From an uncultured Clostridia bacterium (GTDB taxonomy: Bacteria; Bacillota; Clostridia; Lachnospirales; CAG-274): DNA of 64,000 nucleotides. Location of the stretch: NCBI GenBank assembly GCA_947630725.1, contig CANRIS010000005.1, positions 36,887-100,886 on the forward strand, read 5' to 3'. The notes under the pieces are model-generated. The model saw nothing but the letters and a program-made list of their open reading frames with translations, was not told the DNA's origin and ran no database searches. The position numbers and the translations under genes are program-made. Of the stretch, positions 29,911-39,526 are shown in pieces. Position 1 is the stretch's first letter. Each line of letters starts with the position of its first letter.

Positions 29911-30137
29911 GCATAAATATGCGATTCGGTGCGATAGGACACAAACGGCAGCCATAGCCGAAGCCGATCTCTTTATTATCCCTTTTTAAAAGGAAGAAAA
30001 GATCATAAAAAACTATATCGCAGGCCAAGTGGGATCGGCATATTTTATAAAAGAATTAAAAAAACAAAAATAATTTTTAACATTTTAAAGAACATTCAAT
30101 ATTAAATGAAGAACGATAAAGTTTCGGAGGTGGTTTT

Positions 30138-31511
30138 ATGGATACACTCAATAAAATCAACGCCCTTAAGGAGCTTAAGGCGGAGGAGCCTACGGCAGCA
30201 AGAGTCAGGCTCGAAAAATTTTTTGACGCAAACAGCTTTGTGGAACTTGAGGGCTTTGCAGACGGAGCAAACGTCATTACAGGCTACGGCAGCGTAAACG
30301 GCAGGCTCTGTTTTGCATATTCGCAGAATGGCCCCGTAAACAAAAAGCACGCCACAAAAATAGCCGATCTCTACAGCAAGGCTATAAATATGGGCGCTCC
30401 CGTTACGGGCATACTCGATTCAAACGGAATAGAGCTTAAGGACGGACAGGAGGCTCTTGAAGCCTATGGTATACTTTTCAAAAATATGTCAGAGGCCAGC
30501 GGTCTTATACCTCAGATCTCTGTTATTCTGGGTGACTGCCTCGGCATAGCTACTTATATTCCGCTCCTTTCCGATTTCAGAATAATGATGGAAACAAACA
30601 GCAATATGTTTATGACAAGCCCCGCAGCCCTTGAGGGAGCTGACGGCATTAAGCTTGACTATAATGATTTCTGCTCGGGAGAGGCTCACGCAACAAAGAC
30701 GGGTCTTGTCCACAGAGCATACAAAACAGAGGAGGACTGTCTTAACGCAGCTTGTCAGCTCATCGATCTTCTTCCTCTCAACAACTCGGATATTGCCGAG
30801 GAACAAAGCAACGCAGACCTGAACAGAGAGGACGAGGCTCTCAACACTATCATTGCCGATGAAAGCTCTCCTATAGATATGAGCTACATTATTTCCAGCA
30901 TATCGGACGACTACAGATATTTTGAGCTGCAGCCCCGTTTCGGCGAAGAGATCATATGCGCCTTTACAAAAATAAGCGGAAAGACTGTGGGCGTACTTGC
31001 AAACAACGGCGCTCTCGGCATACAGTCAACACAAAAGGCAGGCAAGTTTGTAAAGATCTGTGACGCTTTCAACATACCTATAGTTACTCTTACGGATATA
31101 GCCGAATATCAGAAAACAAGCATCGGAGCGCAAAATATTCTCATAAGCTTTTCCGCTCATCTTCTTCTTGCGTTTACAGAAGCCTCTGTGCCTAAGATAA
31201 ATATTGTTGTAAGAAGAGGCATAGGCAGCGGTTATATGCTTATGAATTCAAAATATATAGGAGCGGACATCGTTCTGGCATGGCCCACGGCGGAAATATC
31301 GCTCCTCAACAAAAAAGGCTATGTGGATATAATGCATCAGGCCGATTCGGCTGAGTATGAAAAGGAGTCGTCTCCTTACACATCTGCCTCAAAGGGATAT
31401 ATTGACGATATAATCATTCCTGCGGCAACAAGAAAGCATATTATAGCTGCTCTTGAAATGCTCTGCACAAAGAGAGTAAGAGCACTTCCCAAGAAGCATA
31501 ACAGTGTATAA
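30138..31511 (+). CDS. acyl-CoA carboxyltransferase-family subunit (12S / MmdA-like, divergent and short)
   Basis: Two crotonase-like carboxyltransferase halves (GYGSVNGRLCFAYSQ...; GVLANNGALGIQSTQKAGKFVKICDAFNIPIVTLTD...ASVPKINIVVRRGIGSGY). 457 aa, versus roughly 510 aa typical for the family. Confidence 0.7.
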   Translation: MDTLNKINALKELKAEEPTAARVRLEKFFDANSFVELEGFADGANVITGYGSVNGRLCFAYSQNGPVNKKHATKIADLYSKAINMGAPVTGILDSNGIELKDGQEALEAYGILFKNMSEASGLIPQISVILGDCLGIATYIPLLSDFRIMMETNSNMFMTSPAALEGADGIKLDYNDFCSGEAHATKTGLVHRAYKTEEDCLNAACQLIDLLPLNNSDIAEEQSNADLNREDEALNTIIADESSPIDMSYIISSISDDYRYFELQPRFGEEIICAFTKISGKTVGVLANNGALGIQSTQKAGKFVKICDAFNIPIVTLTDIAEYQKTSIGAQNILISFSAHLLLAFTEASVPKINIVVRRGIGSGYMLMNSKYIGADIVLAWPTAEISLLNKKGYVDIMHQADSAEYEKESSPYTSASKGYIDDIIIPAATRKHIIAALEMLCTKRVRALPKKHNSV

Positions 31512-31529
31512 AGATAAGAGGGTGAGTAT

Positions 31530-31946
31530 ATGAATCTGAATCTTTTGGCCGTAAATCTTGATAATTTCGGCGTGGCTGACGGCGCAGTCGTTGCGGTCAC
31601 GGGTATACTTACGGTTATATTTATTCTGGCTCTCATTGCTTTTGTTATATCTGTTGCGGCAAAAATAATATATTATTTTGAGCATAAGGACGAAAGGCAG
31701 ATATTGAGAAAGGCCGCAAAGCCCGAGGCTCCCGTTCAGGCTCCGCAGACAGTTGAGGAGGAGACGGCAGAAGCTGTGACCGACTCCGTTTCGGACGATT
31801 TGGAGCTTATAGCGGTCATAACGGCCGCCATAGCTGCAGGCAGCGGCGTTTCTTCGGACAGACTTGTTGTCAGAAGTCTCAGAAAGTCGTCAAATTGGCA
31901 GAATGAAGCCATTCAGGAGCAGATTAGCCGTACTATAGTTGTTTGA
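31530..31946 (+). CDS. OadG/MmdD-family small membrane subunit of Na+-translocating decarboxylase
   Basis: Single N-terminal TM helix, Ala/Pro/Glu-rich linker, and C-terminal ELIAVITAAIAA motif typical of OadG-like subunits. Confidence 0.65.
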   Translation: MNLNLLAVNLDNFGVADGAVVAVTGILTVIFILALIAFVISVAAKIIYYFEHKDERQILRKAAKPEAPVQAPQTVEEETAEAVTDSVSDDLELIAVITAAIAAGSGVSSDRLVVRSLRKSSNWQNEAIQEQISRTIVV

Positions 31947-32123
31947 TAGTTTATTAATATTAATAAGGAAAAAACAGACCGTTTGTATAAATGGCTTTTG
32001 GATTTTAGCCGAATGTTTTTGAAAAATATCTTATTTTAAGGTCAGGCCGTCTGAGACGACTGCGGTTTTCGGACTGCTCTGACAGCGCTTTTATAACAGC
32101 GTAGCTTTAGGAGGTTATTTATT

Positions 32124-32516
32124 ATGTTAAAAAATTACAGAGTTACAGTAAACGGAACATCCTATGATGTTGTGGTAGAAGAGCTTGACGATGCAGCCGC
32201 AGGCGCTGTCCGCACAATGCCCGCAGCTCCGGCTCCCACACCTACACCTGCCGCTCCCGCAGCGGCACCCGCACCCGCACCTGCGGCACCCAAGGCAGGA
32301 GCAGGCACTCCCGTAAAGGCTCCCATGCCGGGAAACATACTTGACGTAAAGGTAAAAACAGGCGATAAGGTAGCTGCAAATGACGTTGTGGTTATACTTG
32401 AAGCCATGAAGATGGAAAACGAGATAGTAACCCCTGTCGGCGGAACGGTAACATCTGTTGTTGTTTCAAAGGGACAGACGGTCAACTCGGACGATATTCT
32501 TATCACCGTTGAATAA
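32124..32516 (+). CDS. biotin carboxyl carrier subunit (1.3S / MmdC-like)
   Basis: Biotinylation motif EAMKMENEI. Ala-Pro-rich linker (PAAPAPTPTPAAPAAAPAPAPAAP). 130 aa. Confidence 0.9.
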   Translation: MLKNYRVTVNGTSYDVVVEELDDAAAGAVRTMPAAPAPTPTPAAPAAAPAPAPAAPKAGAGTPVKAPMPGNILDVKVKTGDKVAANDVVVILEAMKMENEIVTPVGGTVTSVVVSKGQTVNSDDILITVE

Positions 32517-32648
32517 TCGGCGGCTCGCAAAGCGTTTTTAGGGCGTCTTAAAAAGCGGCGCTTTATATCGGGCTTTTGTCTCTTTGAGGCTTAAGCGGCA
32601 GGGCGCTTTGAACAGAATATCCTAACAGTTTTAAACGGAGGTAATATT

Positions 32649-33812
32649 ATGGCCTTTTTAAACAGTCTCTATGAGATTTTTTCGGGACTGATCGCCGACT
32701 CAGGCTTTTTGCTGTTTTTTGAGGGAGACGGCTACAAATATATTATAATGATACTGGTTGCGTTGTTTTTTATCTATCTTGCGATCGTTAAGAAGTATGA
32801 GCCTCTGCTGCTTTTGCCAATAGCCTTCGGTATGCTTCTTGCAAACCTCCCCGGAGCGGGACTTATGAATCCTCCCCAGGACGGAGCCATAGGCGGACTT
32901 ATATGGTATATTTATCAGGGAGACGCTCTCGGTCTTTTTCCGCCTCTTATCTTTCTTGGAGTAGGCGTTATGACCGACTTCGGACCGCTTATTGCAAACC
33001 CAAAGAGCCTTCTTTTGGGAGCGTCGGCGCAGCTCGGCATATTTGTAGCATTTTTGGGCGCGCTTCTTCTGGGTATGAGCCCTCTGGAGGCAGCCTCGAT
33101 AGGTATTATAGGCGGAGCGGACGGCCCCACAGCCATATTCACCACCACAAAGCTCGCTCCTCACATTCTGAGTACCGTAGCTGTGGCTGCATATTCGTAT
33201 ATGGCTCTTATACCCATCATTCAGCCGCCTATTATGAAGCTTCTGACCACAAAGAAGGAGAGAGCTGTCAAAATGGAACAGCTCAGACCCGTATCCAAGA
33301 CGGAAAAAATAATTTTCCCCATTCTGGTATCGATTCTTGTTATACTGATACTTCCCTCGACAGCTTCTCTTATAGGTATGCTTATGCTTGGCAACCTGCT
33401 TAAGGTCTGCGGAGTTACCGAAAAAATAGCTCACCACGCCTCTGAGGCTCTTATGTATATACTGAGTCTCTGTATAGGCTTATCCGTAGGAGCAACCACA
33501 AATGCAGCCACCTTCCTTACGCTGGACACCCTTAAGGTTCTTATTCTCGGACTTTTTGCGTTCTGTGTATCAACTGTCGGCGGTGTCCTTTTGGGAAAAC
33601 TTATGTGCAAGCTTTCGGGAGGAAAGATAAATCCCCTCATAGGCGCTGCGGGAGTTTCGGCTGTGCCGATGGCAGCAAGAGTTGCTCAGAATGTAGGTAA
33701 GGAAGAAAATCCCAACAACTACCTCCTTATGCACGCTATGGGCCCCAATGTGGCAGGAGTAATAGGTTCGGCAGTTGCCGCAGGTATTTTCTTAGCGCTT
33801 TTTCAGAGTTAA
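32649..33812 (+). CDS. Na+-translocating decarboxylase beta subunit (OadB/MmdB/GcdB family)
   Basis: 387 aa, polytopic. Conserved segments IGIIGGADGPTAIF and GAAGVSAVPMAARV. Confidence 0.9.
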   Translation: MAFLNSLYEIFSGLIADSGFLLFFEGDGYKYIIMILVALFFIYLAIVKKYEPLLLLPIAFGMLLANLPGAGLMNPPQDGAIGGLIWYIYQGDALGLFPPLIFLGVGVMTDFGPLIANPKSLLLGASAQLGIFVAFLGALLLGMSPLEAASIGIIGGADGPTAIFTTTKLAPHILSTVAVAAYSYMALIPIIQPPIMKLLTTKKERAVKMEQLRPVSKTEKIIFPILVSILVILILPSTASLIGMLMLGNLLKVCGVTEKIAHHASEALMYILSLCIGLSVGATTNAATFLTLDTLKVLILGLFAFCVSTVGGVLLGKLMCKLSGGKINPLIGAAGVSAVPMAARVAQNVGKEENPNNYLLMHAMGPNVAGVIGSAVAAGIFLALFQS

Positions 33813-33830
33813 TGGAGGATATATAAAGAT

Positions 33831-35234
33831 ATGAGCAATAAAAAAGTAAAATTTTGCGACTGTACTCTCCGTGACGGTCAGCAGTCGCTTATAGCCACAA
33901 GACTTTCTATAAAGGATATTCTTCCCATAGTGGGAAAAATGGACAAGGTAGGCTTCGGAGCTATGGAGGTCTGGGGCGGAGCAACCTTTGACTCGTGTCT
34001 CAGATTTCTTAACGAGGATCCGTGGGAAAGACTTCGCCTCATAAGGAAGGAAGCCCCCAACACAAAGCTCCAGATGCTTTTGCGCGGACAGAACATTCTG
34101 GGTTATCGCCACTATTCGGACGATGTTGTAGAAATGTTCGTAAGAAAAAGTATTGAAAACGGTATTGATATTATAAGGATATTCGATGCCCTTAACGACC
34201 CCCGAAACCTTGAACCTGCGGTAAAGTACTGCAAGAAAGAGGGCGGTCATGCTCAGCTTGCCATTTCGTATACGCTGAGTGATTTCCATACGGAAAAATA
34301 TTATGTAAAGCTTGCCAAAAAATACAGAGATATAGGCGCAGACTCTATCTGTATAAAGGATATGGCGGGACTTCTTCTCCCCATGCCTGCATATAGCCTT
34401 GTAAAGGCCATAAAGAAAGAGGTAGGACTTCCTCTTGAAATACACAGCCACTATACCAGCGGCGTGGCGTCTATGACATATCTTAAGGCTATCGAGGCAG
34501 GCGCAGATATAATAGATACCGATATGAGCCCCTTTGCTATGGGTACGTCTCAGCCCTCTACCGAGGTTATGAACGGCGCCCTCAAAGGCACGTCATACGA
34601 TCCCGGTCTTGATCAGGAGCTTCTTAAGGAAATTTCGGATTATTTCCTGCCTATAAGAGAGAAGGCTCTCGAAAGCGGACTTCTCAGCACAAAGGTGCTT
34701 TCGGTGGATATAGCCACACTCCTTTATCAGGTACCCGGAGGTATGCTTTCAAACCTTGTTTCGCAGCTTAAAAAGGCTAATGCAGAGGACAAGTACAGAG
34801 AGGTTCTTGAAGAAGTGCCGAGAGTAAGAGCCGACCTCGGTTATCCTCCTCTTGTAACACCTTCAAGCCAGATCGTAGGCACACAGGCTGTTCTCAACGT
34901 AATTATGGGAGAGCGCTATAAGATGACTACAAAGGAGACAAAGGATCTCGTAAGAGGTATGTACGGCAGAACGCCTGTTCCCATTTCCGACAAAATAAAG
35001 AAGAAGATAATAGGCGATGAAAAGGTAATAAGCTGCCGTCCCGCCGATCTTCTTAAGCCTGAGCTTCCTGCTGCGGAAGAGGCAGTAAAGGGCTATATGG
35101 AGCAGCCCGAGGACGTTCTGAGCTATGTTCTCTTTCCGCAGGTTGCCATGGACTACTTCAAGTTCCGTCAGGCACAGAAATACGGCGTAGACGAGAACCT
35201 CGCAGATGTTGAAAAGGGCGTTTATCCGGTCTGA
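33831..35234 (+). CDS. oxaloacetate decarboxylase alpha / transcarboxylase 5S-type carboxyltransferase (no biotinyl domain)
   Basis: N-terminal FCDCTLRDGQQSL (HMGL-like TIM barrel) and HSHYTSGVA metal site. It ends without a biotin-attachment AMKM motif. Confidence 0.85.
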   Translation: MSNKKVKFCDCTLRDGQQSLIATRLSIKDILPIVGKMDKVGFGAMEVWGGATFDSCLRFLNEDPWERLRLIRKEAPNTKLQMLLRGQNILGYRHYSDDVVEMFVRKSIENGIDIIRIFDALNDPRNLEPAVKYCKKEGGHAQLAISYTLSDFHTEKYYVKLAKKYRDIGADSICIKDMAGLLLPMPAYSLVKAIKKEVGLPLEIHSHYTSGVASMTYLKAIEAGADIIDTDMSPFAMGTSQPSTEVMNGALKGTSYDPGLDQELLKEISDYFLPIREKALESGLLSTKVLSVDIATLLYQVPGGMLSNLVSQLKKANAEDKYREVLEEVPRVRADLGYPPLVTPSSQIVGTQAVLNVIMGERYKMTTKETKDLVRGMYGRTPVPISDKIKKKIIGDEKVISCRPADLLKPELPAAEEAVKGYMEQPEDVLSYVLFPQVAMDYFKFRQAQKYGVDENLADVEKGVYPV

Positions 35235-35259
35235 TATATAATATGATTTAAAAATAATC

Positions 35260-35291
35260 AAAAGCAGAGCTTTTCGGAGTTCTGCTTTTTT
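35260..35291 (+). terminator. intrinsic terminator after the decarboxylase cluster
   Basis: AAAAGCAGA ... TCTGCTTTTTTG. Confidence 0.55.
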
Positions 35292-35471
35292 GTAATTTTT
35301 AACAATTATTTTAAAAAACTATGGAAATATTGTTAGGATTGTGATAAAATATTGTTATCGGAGCAATACATACGGCTCATCATACTGTAAAAATGCGAAA
35401 ATGCCGAATTTCGCAAAAAAATCACCGAGGCTTTCGGCGTTTTCACTGAATCAAAAAACGGAGGTATTAAT

Positions 35472-36806
35472 ATGGCAATCAAACTTAAAATGGCAGGAGT
35501 AAAGAACTTTGTAAGAGACGAAGAATATGCAAAAATCTCTCATATGGCGAAGGTAGCTGACGAGCTTGTATATTCAAAAGAGGGCGCAGGAAACGACTTC
35601 CTCGGCTGGGTAAACCTTCCCTTTGACTATGACAAGGAAGAATTTGAGAGGATCAAGGCTGCCGCAAAGAAGATACAGTCGGACAGCGAGGTTCTTGTTG
35701 TTATAGGTATAGGAGGCTCCTATCTTGGCGGCAGAGCGGCTCTTGACTTTATCAACGGTATGTTCTACAACAGCAAAAAGCACCCCGGACTTCCCGATGT
35801 TTATTTTGTAGGCAACAACATAAGCTCTGAATATCTCACCGACATAGTTGAAATGATAGGCGACAGGGATTTCTCCATAAATGTCATTTCAAAATCGGGC
35901 ACAACGACAGAGCCTGCCATTGCGTTCAGAATTTTCAAAAAGCTCCTTGAGGACAAATACGGCAAGGAAGAGGCTGTAAAGAGAATATACGCCACCACCG
36001 ACAAGGCAAGAGGAGCGCTCAAAAACTTCTCCGATAAAGAGGGATATGAGACATACGTTATCCCCGATGACGTAGGCGGAAGATTTTCGGTGCTTACTCC
36101 CGTAGGTCTTGTTCTTATGGCTGCGGCAGGCATTGACATTGACGCAGTTATGCAGGGCGCAGCAGACGCAGCAAAGAAGTATAAGGGCATTGACAACGAC
36201 TGTGCAAAATATGCCATAACAAGAACGCTGCTCAACAAGAAGGGCAAGGTTATCGAAATACTTGCAAACTATGAGCCTTGTCTCACTATGTTCGGCGAAT
36301 GGTATAAGCAGCTCTATGCAGAGTCAGAGGGCAAGGATCAGAAGGGTACGTTCCCCGTATCGGCAAACTTCTCCACCGACCTCCACTCCATCGGACAGTT
36401 TATACAGGACGGCACAAGAAATATGTTCGAGACAGTCCTTTGGGTAAAGAATTCAAAGAAGGATCTTGAAATAATATATGATGAAGAAAACATTGACGGT
36501 CTTAACTTCGTGGCAGGCAAGACCATGCAGTATGTAAATTCAAAGGCATACGCAGGAACATATCTGGCTCACATTGACGGCGGAGTTCCCACAATGGTTA
36601 TAGAGATAGAGGACACAAGCGCTTACAGCTTTGGCGAGATAGTTTATTTCTTTGAAAAGGCTCTTGCCATAAGCGGTTATCTTCTGGCAGTCAATCCCTT
36701 CGACCAGCCCGGCGTTGAATCCTATAAGAAGAATATGTTCGCCCTTCTCGGAAAGCCCGGCTATGAGGCAGACAAAGAGGCTCTTGAAGCAAGACTTATC
36801 GACTGA
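35472..36806 (+). CDS. pgi: glucose-6-phosphate isomerase
   Basis: 444 aa, short bacterial PGI. Motifs [14 protein letters not shown] and [10 protein letters not shown]. Confidence 0.95.
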   Translation: MAIKLKMAGVKNFVRDEEYAKISHMAKVADELVYSKEGAGNDFLGWVNLPFDYDKEEFERIKAAAKKIQSDSEVLVVIGIGGSYLGGRAALDFINGMFYNSKKHPGLPDVYFVGNNISSEYLTDIVEMIGDRDFSINVISKSGTTTEPAIAFRIFKKLLEDKYGKEEAVKRIYATTDKARGALKNFSDKEGYETYVIPDDVGGRFSVLTPVGLVLMAAAGIDIDAVMQGAADAAKKYKGIDNDCAKYAITRTLLNKKGKVIEILANYEPCLTMFGEWYKQLYAESEGKDQKGTFPVSANFSTDLHSIGQFIQDGTRNMFETVLWVKNSKKDLEIIYDEENIDGLNFVAGKTMQYVNSKAYAGTYLAHIDGGVPTMVIEIEDTSAYSFGEIVYFFEKALAISGYLLAVNPFDQPGVESYKKNMFALLGKPGYEADKEALEARLID

Positions 36807-36846
36807 TCGTTTACCTGCTATGCGCGCCGCTTAAAACAGGCATATA

Positions 36847-36875
36847 CCCCGACCACTTTTCGGTCGGGGTTTTTG
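36847..36875 (+). terminator. intrinsic terminator after pgi
   Basis: CCCCGACC-ACTTTTC-GGTCGGGG followed by TTTTT. Confidence 0.8.
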
Positions 36876-36963
36876 GCTTTTTATGAACAAAAAAAGAATA
36901 GTATCTTTCGGAGGTTTTGCCGTATAATATTATTATACATATATTATAAAGGAAAATAATAGT

Positions 36964-37734
36964 ATGCGCAGATATGCTTTATGTTTTTTTGCGGTTATGG
37001 CAGCAGTTCTGGGGCTTGGCTTTATAAAGGGCAGAGCCTATACATATTCGGGGGAGGAGATAAAAAAAGCCGCCGAAAGAGTCGTGGCATCTCCCGTATA
37101 CGGAGAGATAAAAAAAGGCTCCCGTCTTTATACAAAGGCCTGCGAGGACAGCGGATTTTCGGAGGCGGACAAAAAGCTCAGGGCGGAGATAATAAGGGAT
37201 TTCAGCACAGAATGGTATCTTGTGGCGTTGGAGGATAAAAGCCGTGTGTGGGTCAGGGGCGAGGATATAAACATACCTGCCGAGGGGCTTGCCTCAGAGG
37301 ATATGCTTACGGACAGAGAAATAGAGTGCTTTATAAATACAGGCGGTTTCAGCAGCAGGACAGACAGGTTCATATGGGTAGATATATACAGACAGCAGGT
37401 GTATATACTTAAGGGAAGAGCCGAAAATTTTACGCTCGAAAAAAGAATGGCCTGCGCAACGGGCAGAAACGTATCTCCCACCACAAGAGGGCTTTTTGAG
37501 ACTTCGGATAAGGGAGAGTGGTTTTATTCCGCAAGGCTTAAAAGCGGAGCAAAATATTGGGTGAGATTCAACGGCTCTTATCTTTTTCATTCTGTGGCGA
37601 TGGACAAGGAGGGACACGTTACCGATCCCGTTCTGGGAGAAAAGCGCAGCAGCGGCTGCGTCAGAACAAGCCTTGAAGACGCAGAGTACATATATAACAC
37701 AACCGAAAAAGGTACCGCCGTGTTTATAAACTGA
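36964..37734 (+). CDS. L,D-transpeptidase (YkuD domain) with N-terminal SH3-like region
   Basis: Signal/anchor sequence. Catalytic motif HSVAMDKEGHVTDPVLGEKRSSGCVRT (His ... SxGC[IV]R). Confidence 0.8.
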   Translation: MRRYALCFFAVMAAVLGLGFIKGRAYTYSGEEIKKAAERVVASPVYGEIKKGSRLYTKACEDSGFSEADKKLRAEIIRDFSTEWYLVALEDKSRVWVRGEDINIPAEGLASEDMLTDREIECFINTGGFSSRTDRFIWVDIYRQQVYILKGRAENFTLEKRMACATGRNVSPTTRGLFETSDKGEWFYSARLKSGAKYWVRFNGSYLFHSVAMDKEGHVTDPVLGEKRSSGCVRTSLEDAEYIYNTTEKGTAVFIN

Positions 37735-37763
37735 GATAAATTGTAAAATAGTGAAAAAAAGAC

Positions 37764-37792
37764 TTGCATTTTAAATCCAAGTGTGATAAAAT
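37764..37792 (+). promoter_or_regulatory. candidate sigma-A promoter (extended -10) for ACT-hom-lysC
   Basis: TTGCAT (37764-37769), a 17-nt spacer ending in TGa, then TAAAAT (37787-37792). Confidence 0.5.
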
Positions 37793-37832
37793 CTCTCTGT
37801 TAAAAACAAATGTATGTCAAGGGTGTACAATT

Positions 37833-38273
37833 ATGAAGGACAATTCAAAGTATTTGATCGTTGACAAAAGCGTGCTGCCGGAGGTTTTTCTTAAAGTAAT
37901 AGAGGCAAAAAAGCTTGTCTCCTCCGAGGGGAAATCCGTTTCGGAGGCTGCCGCAATGGTGGGCATAAGCCGCTCGGCATTTTATAAATACAGAGACAAC
38001 GTATTTCTTCTGGGAGAAAATTCGAGGGGCAGCACAGTTATTTTTGCTTTGGATCTGGACGACAGACCCGGCCTTTTGTCAAACGTGCTTAATACCATAG
38101 CTGATTTCGGAGCAAACATACTTACCATAAATCAGACGATCCCCATTAACGGGGTCGCCAATGTGACTATAAGCGCCGAAATGAGCCGCTTATCCGTTGA
38201 CATAGAATATCTTATGCAAAAAATTAAGGAAAGCGAGGGTGTTCTCACCCTCAAAACAATTGCGCGGGAGTGA
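37833..38273 (+). CDS. ACT-domain protein (UPF0735 / PheB-like)
   Basis: N-terminal HTH-like segment (SVSEAAAMVGISRSAFYKYR) plus an ACT domain (VIFALDLDDRPGLLSNVLNTIADFGANILTINQ). Start taken at ATG 37833, because the ORF-track TTG at 37764 coincides with the -35 box. Confidence 0.7.
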   Translation: MKDNSKYLIVDKSVLPEVFLKVIEAKKLVSSEGKSVSEAAAMVGISRSAFYKYRDNVFLLGENSRGSTVIFALDLDDRPGLLSNVLNTIADFGANILTINQTIPINGVANVTISAEMSRLSVDIEYLMQKIKESEGVLTLKTIARE

Positions 38274-38280
38274 ATTATAT

Positions 38281-39522
38281 ATGGCAAAAATCGCTATAAT
38301 GGGCTATGGAACCGTTGGCTCGGGTGTTTATGAGGTCATAAAGACAAACAGCGGGATCGTAAACACAAAGGCAAAAGAGGACATTGACGTCAAATATGTG
38401 CTTGATCTGAGAGATTTTCCGGGAGATCCCGTTGAGGAGGTTCTTACCCACGACTTTAACGATATTCTGAACGATGACGAGGTTTCGGTGGTCGTAGAGG
38501 TTATGGGAGGTATAAATCCTGCCTATGAATTTACAAAGGCTCTTCTCGAAAAAGGAAAAAGCGTCTGCACCTCCAATAAGGAGCTTGTTGCCGAGCACGG
38601 CGCAGAGCTTATAAGGATCGCCGAAGAAAAAAATATAAACTATCTTTTTGAAGCCAGCGTAGGAGGGGGTATACCTATTCTCAGACCCCTTATATCCTCC
38701 ATTACAGCCGACAGGATTCAGGAAATAAAGGGTATTCTGAACGGTACCACAAACTATATGCTTACGAAAATGTCAAAAGAAGGTCTTGAGTATGACGATG
38801 TTCTCAAAGACGCCCAGAACAGGGGCTACGCCGAAAGAAACCCTGCGGCTGACGTGGAGGGCTATGACGCCTGTCGTAAAATATCCATACTTATGTCCCT
38901 TGCTCTCGAAGCGCAGGTAGACTACAGAGACGTATATACCGAGGGAATAACTGCCATCACAAAGACCGATATAGACTATGCCAAGGCAATGGGAAAGGCA
39001 ATAAAGCTCCTTGGCTACGGACGCACCACCGATGAAGGAAGCTGGGCTTTTGTTGCTCCACACCTTGTGAATGAGACAAGCCCTCTTTATATGGTGAACG
39101 ATGTGTTCAACGGCATCTGCATAACCGGAAATATGCTGGGACAAGTTATGTTTTATGGCAGAGGAGCAGGCAAGGAGGCTACCGCAGCCGCTGTCGTCTC
39201 TGATGTTGTGGATGCGGTCAAGCACAAAAACACTCACGTCATAATAAACTGGGCAGAGGGAAAGTATGAGCTTTGTCCCATTGACGTTCTCGTGACCGAA
39301 AAGCTTGTGAGAGTTGAGGCCGAAAACAGAAACAGAGCCAAGGCTGCCGTGAGGGCTGTTTTCGGAGAGGTCAGCTTTGTTGAGCTTCCGGGACACGATG
39401 ATGAATTCGGCTTTGTGACTCCGAGAAGCACCGAGGCCGAAATTGACGAGAAGCTTGGACTTCTGCTGAACAGTGACGTAATTGACAATATAATCGGTAC
39501 AATAAGAATAGAGGTGCAGTAA
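38281..39522 (+). CDS. hom: homoserine dehydrogenase
   Basis: KIAIMGYGTVGSGV NAD(P) motif, SVGGGIPI and GILNGTTNYMLT, with a C-terminal ACT domain. Confidence 0.9.
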   Translation: MAKIAIMGYGTVGSGVYEVIKTNSGIVNTKAKEDIDVKYVLDLRDFPGDPVEEVLTHDFNDILNDDEVSVVVEVMGGINPAYEFTKALLEKGKSVCTSNKELVAEHGAELIRIAEEKNINYLFEASVGGGIPILRPLISSITADRIQEIKGILNGTTNYMLTKMSKEGLEYDDVLKDAQNRGYAERNPAADVEGYDACRKISILMSLALEAQVDYRDVYTEGITAITKTDIDYAKAMGKAIKLLGYGRTTDEGSWAFVAPHLVNETSPLYMVNDVFNGICITGNMLGQVMFYGRGAGKEATAAAVVSDVVDAVKHKNTHVIINWAEGKYELCPIDVLVTEKLVRVEAENRNRAKAAVRAVFGEVSFVELPGHDDEFGFVTPRSTEAEIDEKLGLLLNSDVIDNIIGTIRIEVQ

Positions 39523-39526
39523 GCAA

